A DNA stretch of 64,000 bases from Squalus acanthias (GCA_030390025.1 CM059425.1:167898001-167962000); one strand, 5' to 3'. Numbered from the stretch's first letter, positions 53,298 through 63,830 are shown. Program-made: numbers and translations. The notes: generated by a model not told the origin, from the letters alone.

Positions 53298-53427
53298 AAG
53301 GATGTTCAGCAAGATGTTTCTATAAATGTATCATTTGCTTCCTTAACTTAAACAGACACACCCTCGCAAATCAAAGTTTGAATAGTCTACCAATATCGCA
53401 GCTCTTTACGGAGCCATATGGACTAGG

Positions 53428-55327
53428 GGGGCCCCGTGATTTCATCCTCAGTTTGTGCTGAGTTAGCACGAGTGCTCCTCCATACTGCACAAATCAACGG
53501 TGGGCCGCTGCGAGCCCGCCCTCCCCGCTCCCCCTCCTCCTCCTGCCTCCCCTCCCATACACCCGCCCTCCCCACTCCCCCTCCTGCCTCCCCTCCCCTC
53601 CCGTACCCCCGCCCTCCCCGCTCCCCCTCCTCCTCCCGCCCCCCTCCCCTCCCCTCCCATACCCCCGCCCTCCCCACTCCCCCTCCCGCCTCCCCTCCCC
53701 TCCCGTACCCCCGCCCTCCCCGCTCCCCCTCCTCCTCCCGCCCCCCTCCCCTCCCCTCCCGTACCCCCGCCCTCCCCGCTCCCCCTCCTCCTCCCGCCCC
53801 CCTCCCCTCCCCTCCCATACCCCCGTCCTCCCCGCTCCCCCTCCCGCCTCCCCTCCCCTCCCGTACCCCCGCCCTCCCCGCTCCCCCTCCCGCCTCCCCT
53901 CCCCTCCCATACCCCCGCCCTCCCCGCTCCCCCTCCCGCCTCCCCTCCCCTCCCGTACCCCCGCCCTCCCCGCTCCCCCTCCTCCTCCCGCCCCCTCCCC
54001 TCCCCTCCCATACCCCCGCCCTCCCCGCTCCCCCTCCTCCTCCCGCCTCCCCTCCCGTACCCCCGCCCGCCACTCCTCCTCCCGCCCCCCCTCTCCCTCC
54101 CCCTCCCATGCCCCCTCCCCCACGCCTCCTCCCGCCCCCCCTCCCATACCCCCGCCCTCCCCGCTCCCCCTCCTCCACTCCTCCTCCCGGCCCCCCTTCC
54201 ATACCCCCGCCCTCCCCGCCACCCCAACCCCTCCTCCCGCCCCCCTCCCATACCCCCGCCCCCCCCTTTCCCTCCCCCTCCTGTACCCCCGCCCTCCCCT
54301 CTCCCTCCCTCTCCCACACCCCGCCCTCCCCTCCCCCTCCCATAGCCCCGCCACCCCTCTCCCTCCCATACCCCCGCCGCCCCTCTCCCTCCCCTCATAC
54401 CCGCCCTCCCCTCTCCCTCCCCCTCCCGTACCCCCTCCCTCCCCTCCAGTTCCCCTACCGTACCCCCCCTCTCCCTCCCCCTCCCATACCTCGCCCTCCC
54501 CTCTCCCTCCCCTCCTCTACTCCCGCCCTCCCCTCCCCCTCCCATGCCCCTGTCTTCCCCTCCCCACCTCCTCCCATACCCCCGCCCATAGCCCCCACCC
54601 TACCTCTCTCTATACCCGTCCCCCTCCAATACTCCCGCACTCTCCTCCCGCCCACCTCCCATATCCCCGCCCATCCCCCCCACCCTACCCCTCTCTCTCC
54701 CCCTCCCGTACCCCGCCCTCCCTTCTCCTTCCCCCTTCCATACCACTACCTCCCCTCCCCTCTCCTCCCATACTACTGCCCTCCCCTCCCCTCCAACTCC
54801 CTCGCCCCATACCCCTACTCTCCCATCCCTCCCCCTCCCATACCCCTACTCTCCCATCCCTCCCCCTCCCATACCCCTACTCTCCCATCCCTCCCCCTCC
54901 CATACCCCTACTCTCCCATCCCTCCCCCTCCCATACCCCTACTCTCCCATCCCTCCCCCTCCCATACCCCTACTCTCCCATCCCTCCCCCTCCCATACCC
55001 CCGCCCTCCCCGCCACCCTGCCCTCCCCCTCCCGTACCCCCGCCCTCCCCTCTCCCTCCCCCTCCCATACCCCCGCACTCCCTTCCCCTCCCAATCACCT
55101 CCCTCCCCAGACTTGCCTATGGGCATTGGAACGGGGAATCATTGATGAGGTCCTGACAGATGAGCTACACTGGGGCAACTGATTGATACCTGCAGCTCGC
55201 TTGAATTATTCTGATGAGGCCCGAGGACGAATCTAGATTGTTCCTCAGGAATCTCCATCCCAGTGTGCCATTACTGCGTGCTGCCAGAATTACGCCCGGT
55301 TTTGGGCACTAACAAAATTAGGGGCCC
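53428..55327. mobile_element. Probable MITE hosting the C-rich minisatellite
   Basis: Imperfect TIR gggccccgtgattt / aaattaggggccc; gatgaggcccgagg motif shared with other MITEs. Confidence 0.5.
53515..55110. repeat. C-rich minisatellite (about 43-54 bp units, degenerating rightwards); G-rich on minus
   Basis: Repeats of cccccgccctccccgctccccctc(ctcctc)ccgcc(t/c)ccc...ccc(a/g)ta; a second unit (ccatacccctactctcccatccctcccccctc) at 54805-54995. Confidence 0.95.
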
Positions 55328-55365
55328 ATTTGTGAAAGGGAAGAAAGCTGGCTGGGTCAGGGGTT

Positions 55366-57772
55366 AAGAACATAAGAACATAAGAAATAGGAGCAGGAGT
55401 AGGCCAATCGGCCCCTCGAGCCTGCTCCGCCATTCAATAAGATCATGGCTGATCTGATCCTAACCGCCAATCTACTATCTATCACAGAACCATCTCCTGC
55501 ATCTAACAGAATTGCACACACGAAATAGGAGCAGAATCAGGCTACACAGTCCCTGGGCCCGCTCCACTACCCACAGGGCCATGACCGATCCGAACCTAGA
55601 CTCATGTCCAAATTCCTGCCCGCTCCCCGTAACCCTTAATGCCCTTTACTTCTAGGAAACTGTCTATTTCTGTTTTAAATTTAATTAATGTTGTAGCTTC
55701 TACAGCTTTTTGTGGCAGCATATTCCATGGACCTACCACCCTCTGAGTGAAGTAGTTCCTCCTCATCTCAGTTTTGAAAGAGCAGCCCCTTATTCTAAGA
55801 CTATGTCCCCTAGTTCTCGTCTCACCCGTCATCGGGAACATCCTCCCCGTATCCACCCGATCCAACCCCTTCACAATCTTATATGTTTCAATAAGATCGC
55901 CTCTCATTCTTCTGAACTCCAATGAGTAGAGTCCCAATCTACCCAACCTCTCCTCATATGACCACCCCCTCATCCCCGGGATTAACCGAGTGAACCTTTT
56001 TTGCACTGCCTCGAGAGCAAGGATGTCTTTCCTTAAGTAAGGACACCAAAACTGTATGCAGTATTCCAGGTGCGGTCTCACCAATACCTTGTACAACTGA
56101 AGCAATACCTCCCTATTTTTATATTCTATCCCCCTAGCAATGAAAGCCAACATTCCATTTGCCTTCTTAATCACTTGCTGCACCTGCATACTAACCTTTT
56201 GAGTTTCGTGCACCAGGACCCCCAGATCCCTTTGCACTTCAGTACTCTCCAGTTTCTTGCCATTAAGATAATAAATTGCTCTAGGATTTTTCCTGCCAAA
56301 GTGCATCACCTCACACTTTCCAGTGTTGTATTCCATCTGCCAAATCTCTGCCCACTTACTTAGCCTGTCTATGTCCCCTTGCAGGTTTTTTATGTCCTCC
56401 TCACTCACTACTTTCCCTCCCATCTTTGTATCATCTGCAAATTTTGATATGTTACACTTGGTCCCTTCCTCCAAATCGTTAATATAGATTGTGAAGAGTT
56501 GGGGACCCAGCACTGACCCCTGTGGAACACCACTAGTTACTGATTGCCAGTCTGAGAATGAACCATTTATCCCAACTCTTTGCTTTCTGTTAGATAGCCA
56601 ATCCTCTATCCATGCCAGAATATTACCCCCAATCCCGTGATTTTTTACCTTAAGCAATAATCTTTTGTGTGGCACCTTGTCAAATGTCTTTTGGAAGTCT
56701 AAATACACTACGTCCACTGGTTCCCCTTTATCCACTCTATATGTTACTTCCTCAAAGAACTCCAGCAAATTTGTCAAACATGACTTCCCCTTCGTAAAAC
56801 CATGCTGACTTTGTCCTATTAAATTATAATTATCCAAATGTCCTGTTACTGTTTCCTTAATAATGGACTCCAAAATTTTACCTACCACAGATGTTAGGCT
56901 AACCGGTCTATAGTTACCAGCCTTCTGTCTACTGCCCTTTTTAAATAAGGGTGTTACATTAGCAGTTTTCCAGTCTGCCGGGACCTTAGCGGAATCCAGG
57001 GAGTTTTGAAAAATTATTACCAATGCATCTACAATCCCTACCGCCACTTCCTTCAAGACTCTAGGATGTAAGCCATCAGGTCCAGGTGATTTATCCGCCT
57101 TGAGTCCCATTATTTTACCGAGTACCACTTCCTTAGTGATTTTGATCGTGTTTAGCTCCTCTCCCCCTATAGCCCCCTGTTTGTCCAGTGTTGGGATATT
57201 CTTAGTGTCCTCTACTGTAAAGACTGATACAAAATATTCATTCAGTGTTTTTGCCATCTCCATATTTCCCACCATTAATTTCCCGGTCTCATCCTCTAAG
57301 GGACCAACATTTACTTTAGCCACCCTTTTTCTTTTTATATAACTATAAAAGCTCTTACTATCTGTTTTTATATTTTTTGCTAATTTACTTTCATAATCTA
57401 TCTTCCCTTTCTTAATCAATCTTTTTGTTATTTTTTGCTGCCTTTTAAAGTTTTCCCAATCCTCTGTCCTCCCACTAGATTTCGCTACCTTATATGCCCT
57501 TGTTTTTAGTCGAATACTATCCTTAATTTCTTTACTTAGCCACGGATGACTGTCCTTTCTTTTACACCCTTTTCTTTTCAGTGGAATATATTTTTTTTGG
57601 AAGTTGTAAAATAACTCCTTGAATGTACACCACTGATCATGTGTCGTCTTACCCTTTAATCTATTTTCCCAATCCACTCTACTCAATTCCGCTCGCATAC
57701 CTTCATAGTCTCCTTTATTCAAGCTTAGCACGCTTGTTTGAGATCCAACCTTCTCACCCTCTAATTGAATAT
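55366..57772 (-). mobile_element. Very young 5'-truncated CR1 LINE with about 720 uninterrupted ORF2 codons
   Basis: ORF 55602-57842 has no stops and a complete RT domain (FADD); (atgttctt)n tail; short (G)GTT TSD. Confidence 0.97.
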
Positions 57773-58233
57773 GGTTCTCAACCTTTTTGCTTCTGAGGCC
57801 CCCCTCCCGTGTTATAAAAATTCCACGGACCCCCTGTATCACAACACAAGTATTTTTTCTGTATGAAAATGAGTTATTCGTTATTAATAGCTCTATTAAT
57901 GTGAGTAGGTGAACATTTAGGGAACAGTGATCATAGTATCATAAGGTTCAGATTAGCTATGGAAAAGGAAAGGGAGCAATCTAGAGTAAAAGGGGGCAAA
58001 ATTGGGTCGCGCCCCCTTTGGGGCGCTAACTCTGCGCTACGCCCCAAAAAAGTTAACCCCCCCGCACCTGAAATTCACTGGTAGTGCTCCAAGAGGGAGG
58101 CAGGGCACTGCTGGAGGCGCCCCGCCTCCCTCTTGAGGTGCTGTAAGTGAATATCGCGATGCTACGTGCAGCAGTGCCACGCGCTGTGGCACATCGCGCC
58201 GGGGTACTGCAGACCTTCCTCCCCTTATTAAAG

Positions 58234-58453
58234 CCATGATGTGGAGATGCCGGTGTTGGACTGGGGTGGACAAATGTGAGAAGTTGCACAACACCAGGTT
58301 ATAGTCCAACAGCTTTATTTGAAATCACAAGCTTTCGGAGCGCTGCTCCTTCGTCAGGTGAAGTCACTTCACCTGACGAAGGAGCAGCACTCTGAAAGCT
58401 TGTGATTTCAACTAAAGCTGTTGGACTATAACCTGGTGTTGTGCGACTTCTCA
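58234..58453. mobile_element. 220-bp palindromic mini-element with two hammerhead motifs (probably Penelope-related)
   Basis: 12-bp TSD cccttattaaag (58222-58233 and 58454-58465); inverted arms of about 89 bp spanning 58276-58454. Confidence 0.85.
58326..58404. ncRNA. Back-to-back hammerhead motifs (minus 58326-58360, plus 58370-58404)
   Basis: CAC-CUGACGA-A-GGAGC-AGC-GCUCC-GAAAG-CUU-GUG on minus; the plus copy has two stem-II substitutions. Confidence 0.72.
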
Positions 58454-60505
58454 CCCTTATTAAAGGGGAGGGGCCTAGCGCAGCGCGACCCGGGGCCCAG
58501 CTGGGCCACCAGGGATCGGAGTGCTGGCAAAAGAGCCCGGAACTCAAGAGAAGTGCCGGGCTAACGGAGCAACAAAAATGGCCGCCCGGCACCTCCCCTT
58601 TAATTTGCACTGCCCGGGCCACAGGTAGGGCCCCTTGACCCTGTCGGACATAGCGTCTGGCAGTAAGTCAGGGGGCGCTACCGAAGATCACGGCCGGGCC
58701 GTGAGCGGGGCGCTGCACACGGCGATGACGTCATCGCCAGAGGCGCAGCGCCGTGGGGCGCTAACGGTTACGGCCGCCGCTAACCTCCCACTGAATTTCA
58801 CAGGAGGCGTTAGTGCCGCCGCGCCCAGGCGCTAGTTGCTTTGCACCCAATTAGCGCCCTCTTAGGGCGTTAATGGGAGGCGCAAATCAACCGAATTTTT
58901 CCCCCAAAATATTTAATTGGAGGAAGGCAAATTTCAGTGGGATGAGAACAGATCTGGCCCAGGTAAACTGGAATCAAAGATTGGCAGGCAAAACTGTAGT
59001 GGAACAATGGGCTGCCTTTAAAGAGAAAAAATAGTTTGGGTACAGTTGAGGTACATTCCCACTAGGGGGAAAGGTAGGGCAACTAAAGTCAGAGCTCCCT
59101 GGATGACGAAAGAGGTAGAGAGTAAGATGAAGCAGAAAAAGAGCGCGTATGACAGATGTCAGGTCGAGAATACATCTGAGATTCAGACTAAATATAGAAA
59201 GTTCAGAGGAGAAGTGAAAAAGAAAATAAGAGGGGCAAAGAGAGGGTATGAGAATAGAATAGCAGCTAACATAAAAGGTAATCCAAATGTCTTCTATAGG
59301 CATATAAATAGTAAACGGGTAGTAAGAGGAAGAGTGGGGCCAATTAGGGACCAAAAAGGAGATCTATACATGCAGGTAGAGGGTATGACTGTGGTACTAA
59401 ATGAATACTTTGCATCTGTCTTCACCAAGGAAGAAGATGCTGCCATAGACATAGTGAAGGAGGAGGTAGAGGAGATACTGAATGGGATAAGAATTGATAA
59501 AGATGAGGTACTAGAAAGGCTGGCTGTACTTAAAGTAGTTAAGTCACCAGGACTGGATGGGATGCATCCTAGGACGCTGAAGGATGTGAAGGAAGAAATC
59601 GCGGAGGTACTGGCCATAATCTTCCAATCCTCCTTAGAAACGGGGGTGGTGCTAGAGCACTGGAGAATTGCAAATGTTACACCCTTGTTCAAAAAAGGGT
59701 GTAAAGATAAACCTAGCAACTACAGGCCGGTCAGTTTAACCTCAGTAGTGGGGAAGCTTTTAGAAACAATAATCAGAGACAAAATTAACAGTCACTTGGA
59801 CAAGTGTGGATTAATTAAGGAAAGCCAGCATGGATTTATTAAAGGCAAATTGTGTTTAACCAACTTGATTGAATTTTTTGATGATGTAACAGAGAGGGTT
59901 GATGAGGGTAATGCGGTTGACGTAGTGTACATGGATTTCCAAAAGGCGTTCGACAAAGTGCCACATAATAGGCTTGCCAACAAAGTTGAAGCCCATGGAA
60001 TAAAAGGGACAGTGGCAGCATGGATACGAAATTGGCTAAGTGACAGGAAACAGAGAGCAGTGGTGAACAGTTGTTTTTCGGACAGGAGGAAGGTATACAG
60101 TGGTGTTCCCCAGGGGTTGGCTCTGGGACCACTGCTTTTCTTGATATATATTAATGACTTGGATGTGGGAGTACAGGGCACAATTTCAAAATTTGCAGGT
60201 GACACAAAACTTGGAAGTATAGTGAACAGTGAGGAGGACAGTGACAGACTTCAAGAGGACATAGACAGGCTGGTGCAATGGGCGGAAATGTGACAGATGA
60301 AATTTAACGCAGAAAAGTGTGAAGTGATACATTTTGGTAGAAAGAATGAGGAGAGGAAATATAAACTAAAGAGTACAATTCTAAAATGGGTGCATGAACA
60401 GAGAGACCTAGGGGTATATGTGCACAAATCATTGAAGGTGGCAGGGCAGGCTGAGAAAGCAGTTATAAAAGCTTATGGGATCCTGGGCTTCATGAGTAGA
60501 GTTAT

Positions 60506-61350
60506 GGGCTGGATTTTGCCAGCCCTGGGGAGGCGGGTTTGGAGGTGGTACTGCCGGGAAAATGGCAGAATTTGGGGGCGGGTGCCCAACCCGCCCCCTA
60601 ACCCGCCTCCGTGCCATCTTGCCAGGAGGCTGGTAGCCGTCCCGCGCCGGGTCCCATCTCCTTGGAGACGGGAAGGGATTACAGCCACTTAACTGCCTGT
60701 TAACAGGTAGTTAACAGGCAGATAAAGGATAATCCCCATTTTGCCCACACAAGTGCGGGCTTCCCGAAGGCTCCGAAACCCGCCAGGGTCACCGAGGCGA
60801 GTAGTGGGTCTGCGGGGGTCGGAGGGGTGCAAAGGTGCGCTGTGAAGGTAAGTGATGGGTGCAAATGTGGAGCGGTGAGTATCTGAGGTAAGTGGAAAGT
60901 GTTAGAAAAAGTTTACTTACCTTTGTTTCTTCCTGCAGGCTTCAACAGTTGGGTATGCGGAGTGTCTCGTACCTCCGCGGCAGAGATGACAGATGGCCGT
61001 TGCATTCTCCAATGCAACAACCATCTAATTTCTGCAAAAGAAAGAGGTTTGATAAGGTCTTGAATTCAAGAACTCATCAAACTACAGAGAATGTCAGTGT
61101 TTGACAGCTTCACAGAGCTGTCAAACGATGACAATTCATCTGTCAAAAATGTTTGACAGATGAAACGTCATACGTTGATGTTCTCTGTAACCGGCTTTCC
61201 CTTAATTGGCCTGCTAAACCCGCTGGGCGGGCTTAACAAGGTCAATCAAGGGAAAATAGCATGGGTTGACCAGAAGTTGATGGAGGCAGGACTGAATCCC
61301 GACAAGTGGGAGTCCCGCCTCCAAAAGCTCCCCATTGGCAAAATCCAGCC
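60506..61350. mobile_element. MITE nested in CR1 (family of 33075-33907)
   Basis: TIR ggctggattttgcc / ggcaaaatccagcc; splits the CR1 at the SR-IEYKS motif. Confidence 0.87.
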
Positions 61351-62002
61351 CATAGAGTACAAAAGCGTGGAAATTATGATGAACCTGTATAAAAAACTGG
61401 TTCAGCCTCAACTGGAGTATTGTGTCCAATTCTGGTCACCGCACTTTAGGAAGGATGTGAAGGCCTTAGAGAGGGTGCAGAAAAGACGTACGAGAATGAT
61501 GCCAGAGATGAGGGACTTCGTGGATAGATTTGGAGAAGCTGGGTTGTTCTCCTTAGAGCAGAGAAGATTGAGAGGAGATCTGATAGAGGTGTTCAAAATC
61601 ATGAGGGGTCTGGACAGAGTAGATAGAGAGAAACTGTTCCCATTGGCGGAAGGGTCGAGAACCAGAGGACACAGATTTAAGGTGATTGGCAAAAGAACCA
61701 AAGGCGACATAAGAAAAAGCTTTTTTACGCAGCGAGTGGTTAGGATCTGGAATGCACAGCCTGAAAGGACGGTGGAGGCAGACTCAATCACGGCTTTCAA
61801 AAGGGAGTTGGATAAGTACCTGAAAGAAAAAGATTAGCTGGGCTACGGGGAAAGGGCGGGGGAGTGGGACTAGCTAAAGTGCTCTTGCAGAGAGCTGGCA
61901 TGGGCTCGACAGGCCGAATGGCCTTCTTCCGTGCTGTAACCATTCTATGATTCTATGATTACACCGTACATAAAGAAGAACTTATTAAGTCCTAAATTTA
62001 CT

Positions 62003-62159
62003 AAAGCAAAATACTGCAGATGCTGGAAATCTGAAATAAATACAAAAAATGCTGGAAATACTCAGCGGAATACTCTGACGAAAGGTCATCGACCTGAAAC
62101 GTTAACTCGGTTTCTCTCTTCACAGATGCTGTCTGACCTGCTGAGTATTTCCAGCATTT
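62003..62159. mobile_element. Short Penelope terminal fragment with internal inversion and hammerhead core (62074-62107, plus)
   Basis: ctgacgaaaggtcatcgacctgaaacgttaact flanked by inverted aatgctggaaatactcagc arms. Confidence 0.8.
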
Positions 62160-62162
62160 AAT

Positions 62163-63830
62163 GGGCCAACATTTGCGATCGGAGGCAGACGCCTCCCACC
62201 TGCAAAAATTCTACGAATGTACCTGGTGGCCCAGGAGATACGGAGGCTTGCGCTCCTGGGCCTCTCCGGGTCTGCGCGGGCAGAGGTCCCCGTATCTCAG
62301 GGACGCAGGCGGTTCATAGGCACCCCGGGATCACGTGGGCTGGCCCAACCAATAAAAGAAGGGAATCCCCATTCATACTTATTGGAGTTCCGTATGTATT
62401 ATTGGAGTTCAGTAACTAGTGGTGTTCCACAGGGGTCAGTGCTGGGTCCCCAACTCTTCACAATCTATATTAACGATTTGGAGGAAGGGACCAAGTGTAA
62501 CATATCAAAATTTGCAGATGATACAAAGATGGGAGGGAAAGTAGTGAGTGAGGAGGACATAAAAAACCTGCAAGGGGACATAGACAGGCTAAGTAAGTGG
62601 GCAGAGATTTGGCAGATGGAATACAACACTGGAAAGTGTGAGGTGATGCACTTTGGCAGGAAAAATCCTAGAGCAATTTATTATCTTAATGGCAAGAAAC
62701 TGGAGAGTACTGAAGTGCAAAGGGATCTGGGGGTCCTGGTGCACGAAACTCAAAAGGTTAGTATGCAGGTGCAGCAAGTGATTAAGAAGGCAAATGGAAT
62801 GTTGGCTTTCATTGCTAGGGGGATAGAATATAAAAATAGGGAGGTATTGCTTCAGTTGTACAAGGTATTGGTGAGACCGCACCTGGAATACTGCATACAG
62901 TTTTGGTGTCCTTACTTAAGGAAAGACATCCTTGCTCTCGAGGCAGTGCAAAAAAGGTTCACTCGGTTAATCCCGGGGATGAGGGGGTGGTCATATGAGG
63001 AGAGGTTGGGTAGATTGGGACTCTACTCATTGGAGTTCAGAAGAATGAGAGGCGATCTTATTGAAACATATAAGATTGTGAAGGGGTTGGATCGGGTGGA
63101 TGCGGGGAGGATGTTCCCGATGACGGGTGAGACGAGAACTAGGGGACATAGTCTTAGAATAAGGGGCTGCTCTTTCAAAACTGAGATGAGGAGGAACTAC
63201 TTCACTCAGAGGGTGGTAGGTCCATGGAATATGCTGCCACAAAAAGCTGTAGAAGCTACAACATTAATTAAATTTAAAACAGAAATAGACAGTTTCCTAG
63301 AAGTAAAGGGCATTAAGGGTTACGGGGAGCGGGCAGGAATTTGGACATGAGTCTAGGTTCGGATCGGTCATGGCCCTGTGGGTAGTGGAACGGGCCCAGG
63401 GACTGTGTAGCCTGATTCTGCTCCTATTTCGTGTGTGCAATTCTGTTAGATGCAGGAGATGGTTCTGTGATAGATAGTAGATTGGCGGTTAGGATCAGAT
63501 CAGCCATGATCTTATTGAATGGCGGAGCAGGCTCGAGGGGCCGATTGGCCTACTCCTGCTCCTATTTCTTATGTTCTTATGTTCTTATGAATGGGGATCA
63601 CTTAAAAAATACACCAACACGTGAAATAATTTTTTTTTAAATTACATATTTAAAATTAATTCAAATGCCATTTAATTAAATATTTTAAACAAAAATGTAA
63701 TTTTTTGGTAAAAAAATTATATGTTTTTACAGCGCTAAAAATAAACTTGCCTTATTGAAGAGTATTTTTAATTTATAAATGAGTGATAACATTTTATTTT
63801 TCTATTTTTTAAATCTCTTATGCTGGTAAA
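62163..63830. mobile_element. MITE of the 32154 family, interrupted by a young CR1; right end truncated
   Basis: 62163-62395 and 63587-63830 are colinear with 32154-32650. Confidence 0.75.
62409..63589 (+). mobile_element. Very young CR1 3' fragment, near-identical to 55366-56543 in inverted orientation
   Basis: Shared peptide differs at one residue (VDTGR vs VDAGR); same 3' UTR and tail. Confidence 0.96.

Larger units (their letters stand above)
51707..53298 (-). mobile_element. Young 5'-truncated Penelope-like retroelement
   Basis: Perfect 14-bp TSD aggatgttcagcaa (51693-51706 and 53299-53312), uninterrupted ORF, 3' terminal segment with hammerhead motif. Confidence 0.95.
57992..58905. 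mobile_element. Harbinger-type MITE related to the 9588 family, nested in CR1
   Basis: TIR gggggcaaaattggg / ccgaatttttccccc, AAA flanks, ggcgcta motifs. Confidence 0.82.
57895..61958 (+). mobile_element. Older 5'-truncated CR1 LINE carrying two nested MITEs
   Basis: GEHLGNSDH near 57910, RT ORF 59046-60293, C-terminus at 61351-61837, (attctatg)n tail. Confidence 0.93.

Noticed and set aside
53423..55145. Long Pro-rich and Gly-rich ORFs (up to 569 aa)
   Set aside because: Artefacts of the C-rich minisatellite, which lacks stop codons in most frames.
55211..55235. ctgatgaggcccgaggacgaat, resembling a hammerhead core
   Set aside because: It has GAAT rather than GAAA, a weak stem II and no stem I. 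Sister MITEs show the same motif without the CTGATGA core.
62217..63350. 377-aa ORF with a novel N-terminus fused to RT
   Set aside because: Chance read-through from MITE sequence into a truncated CR1; no evidence of a domesticated gene.
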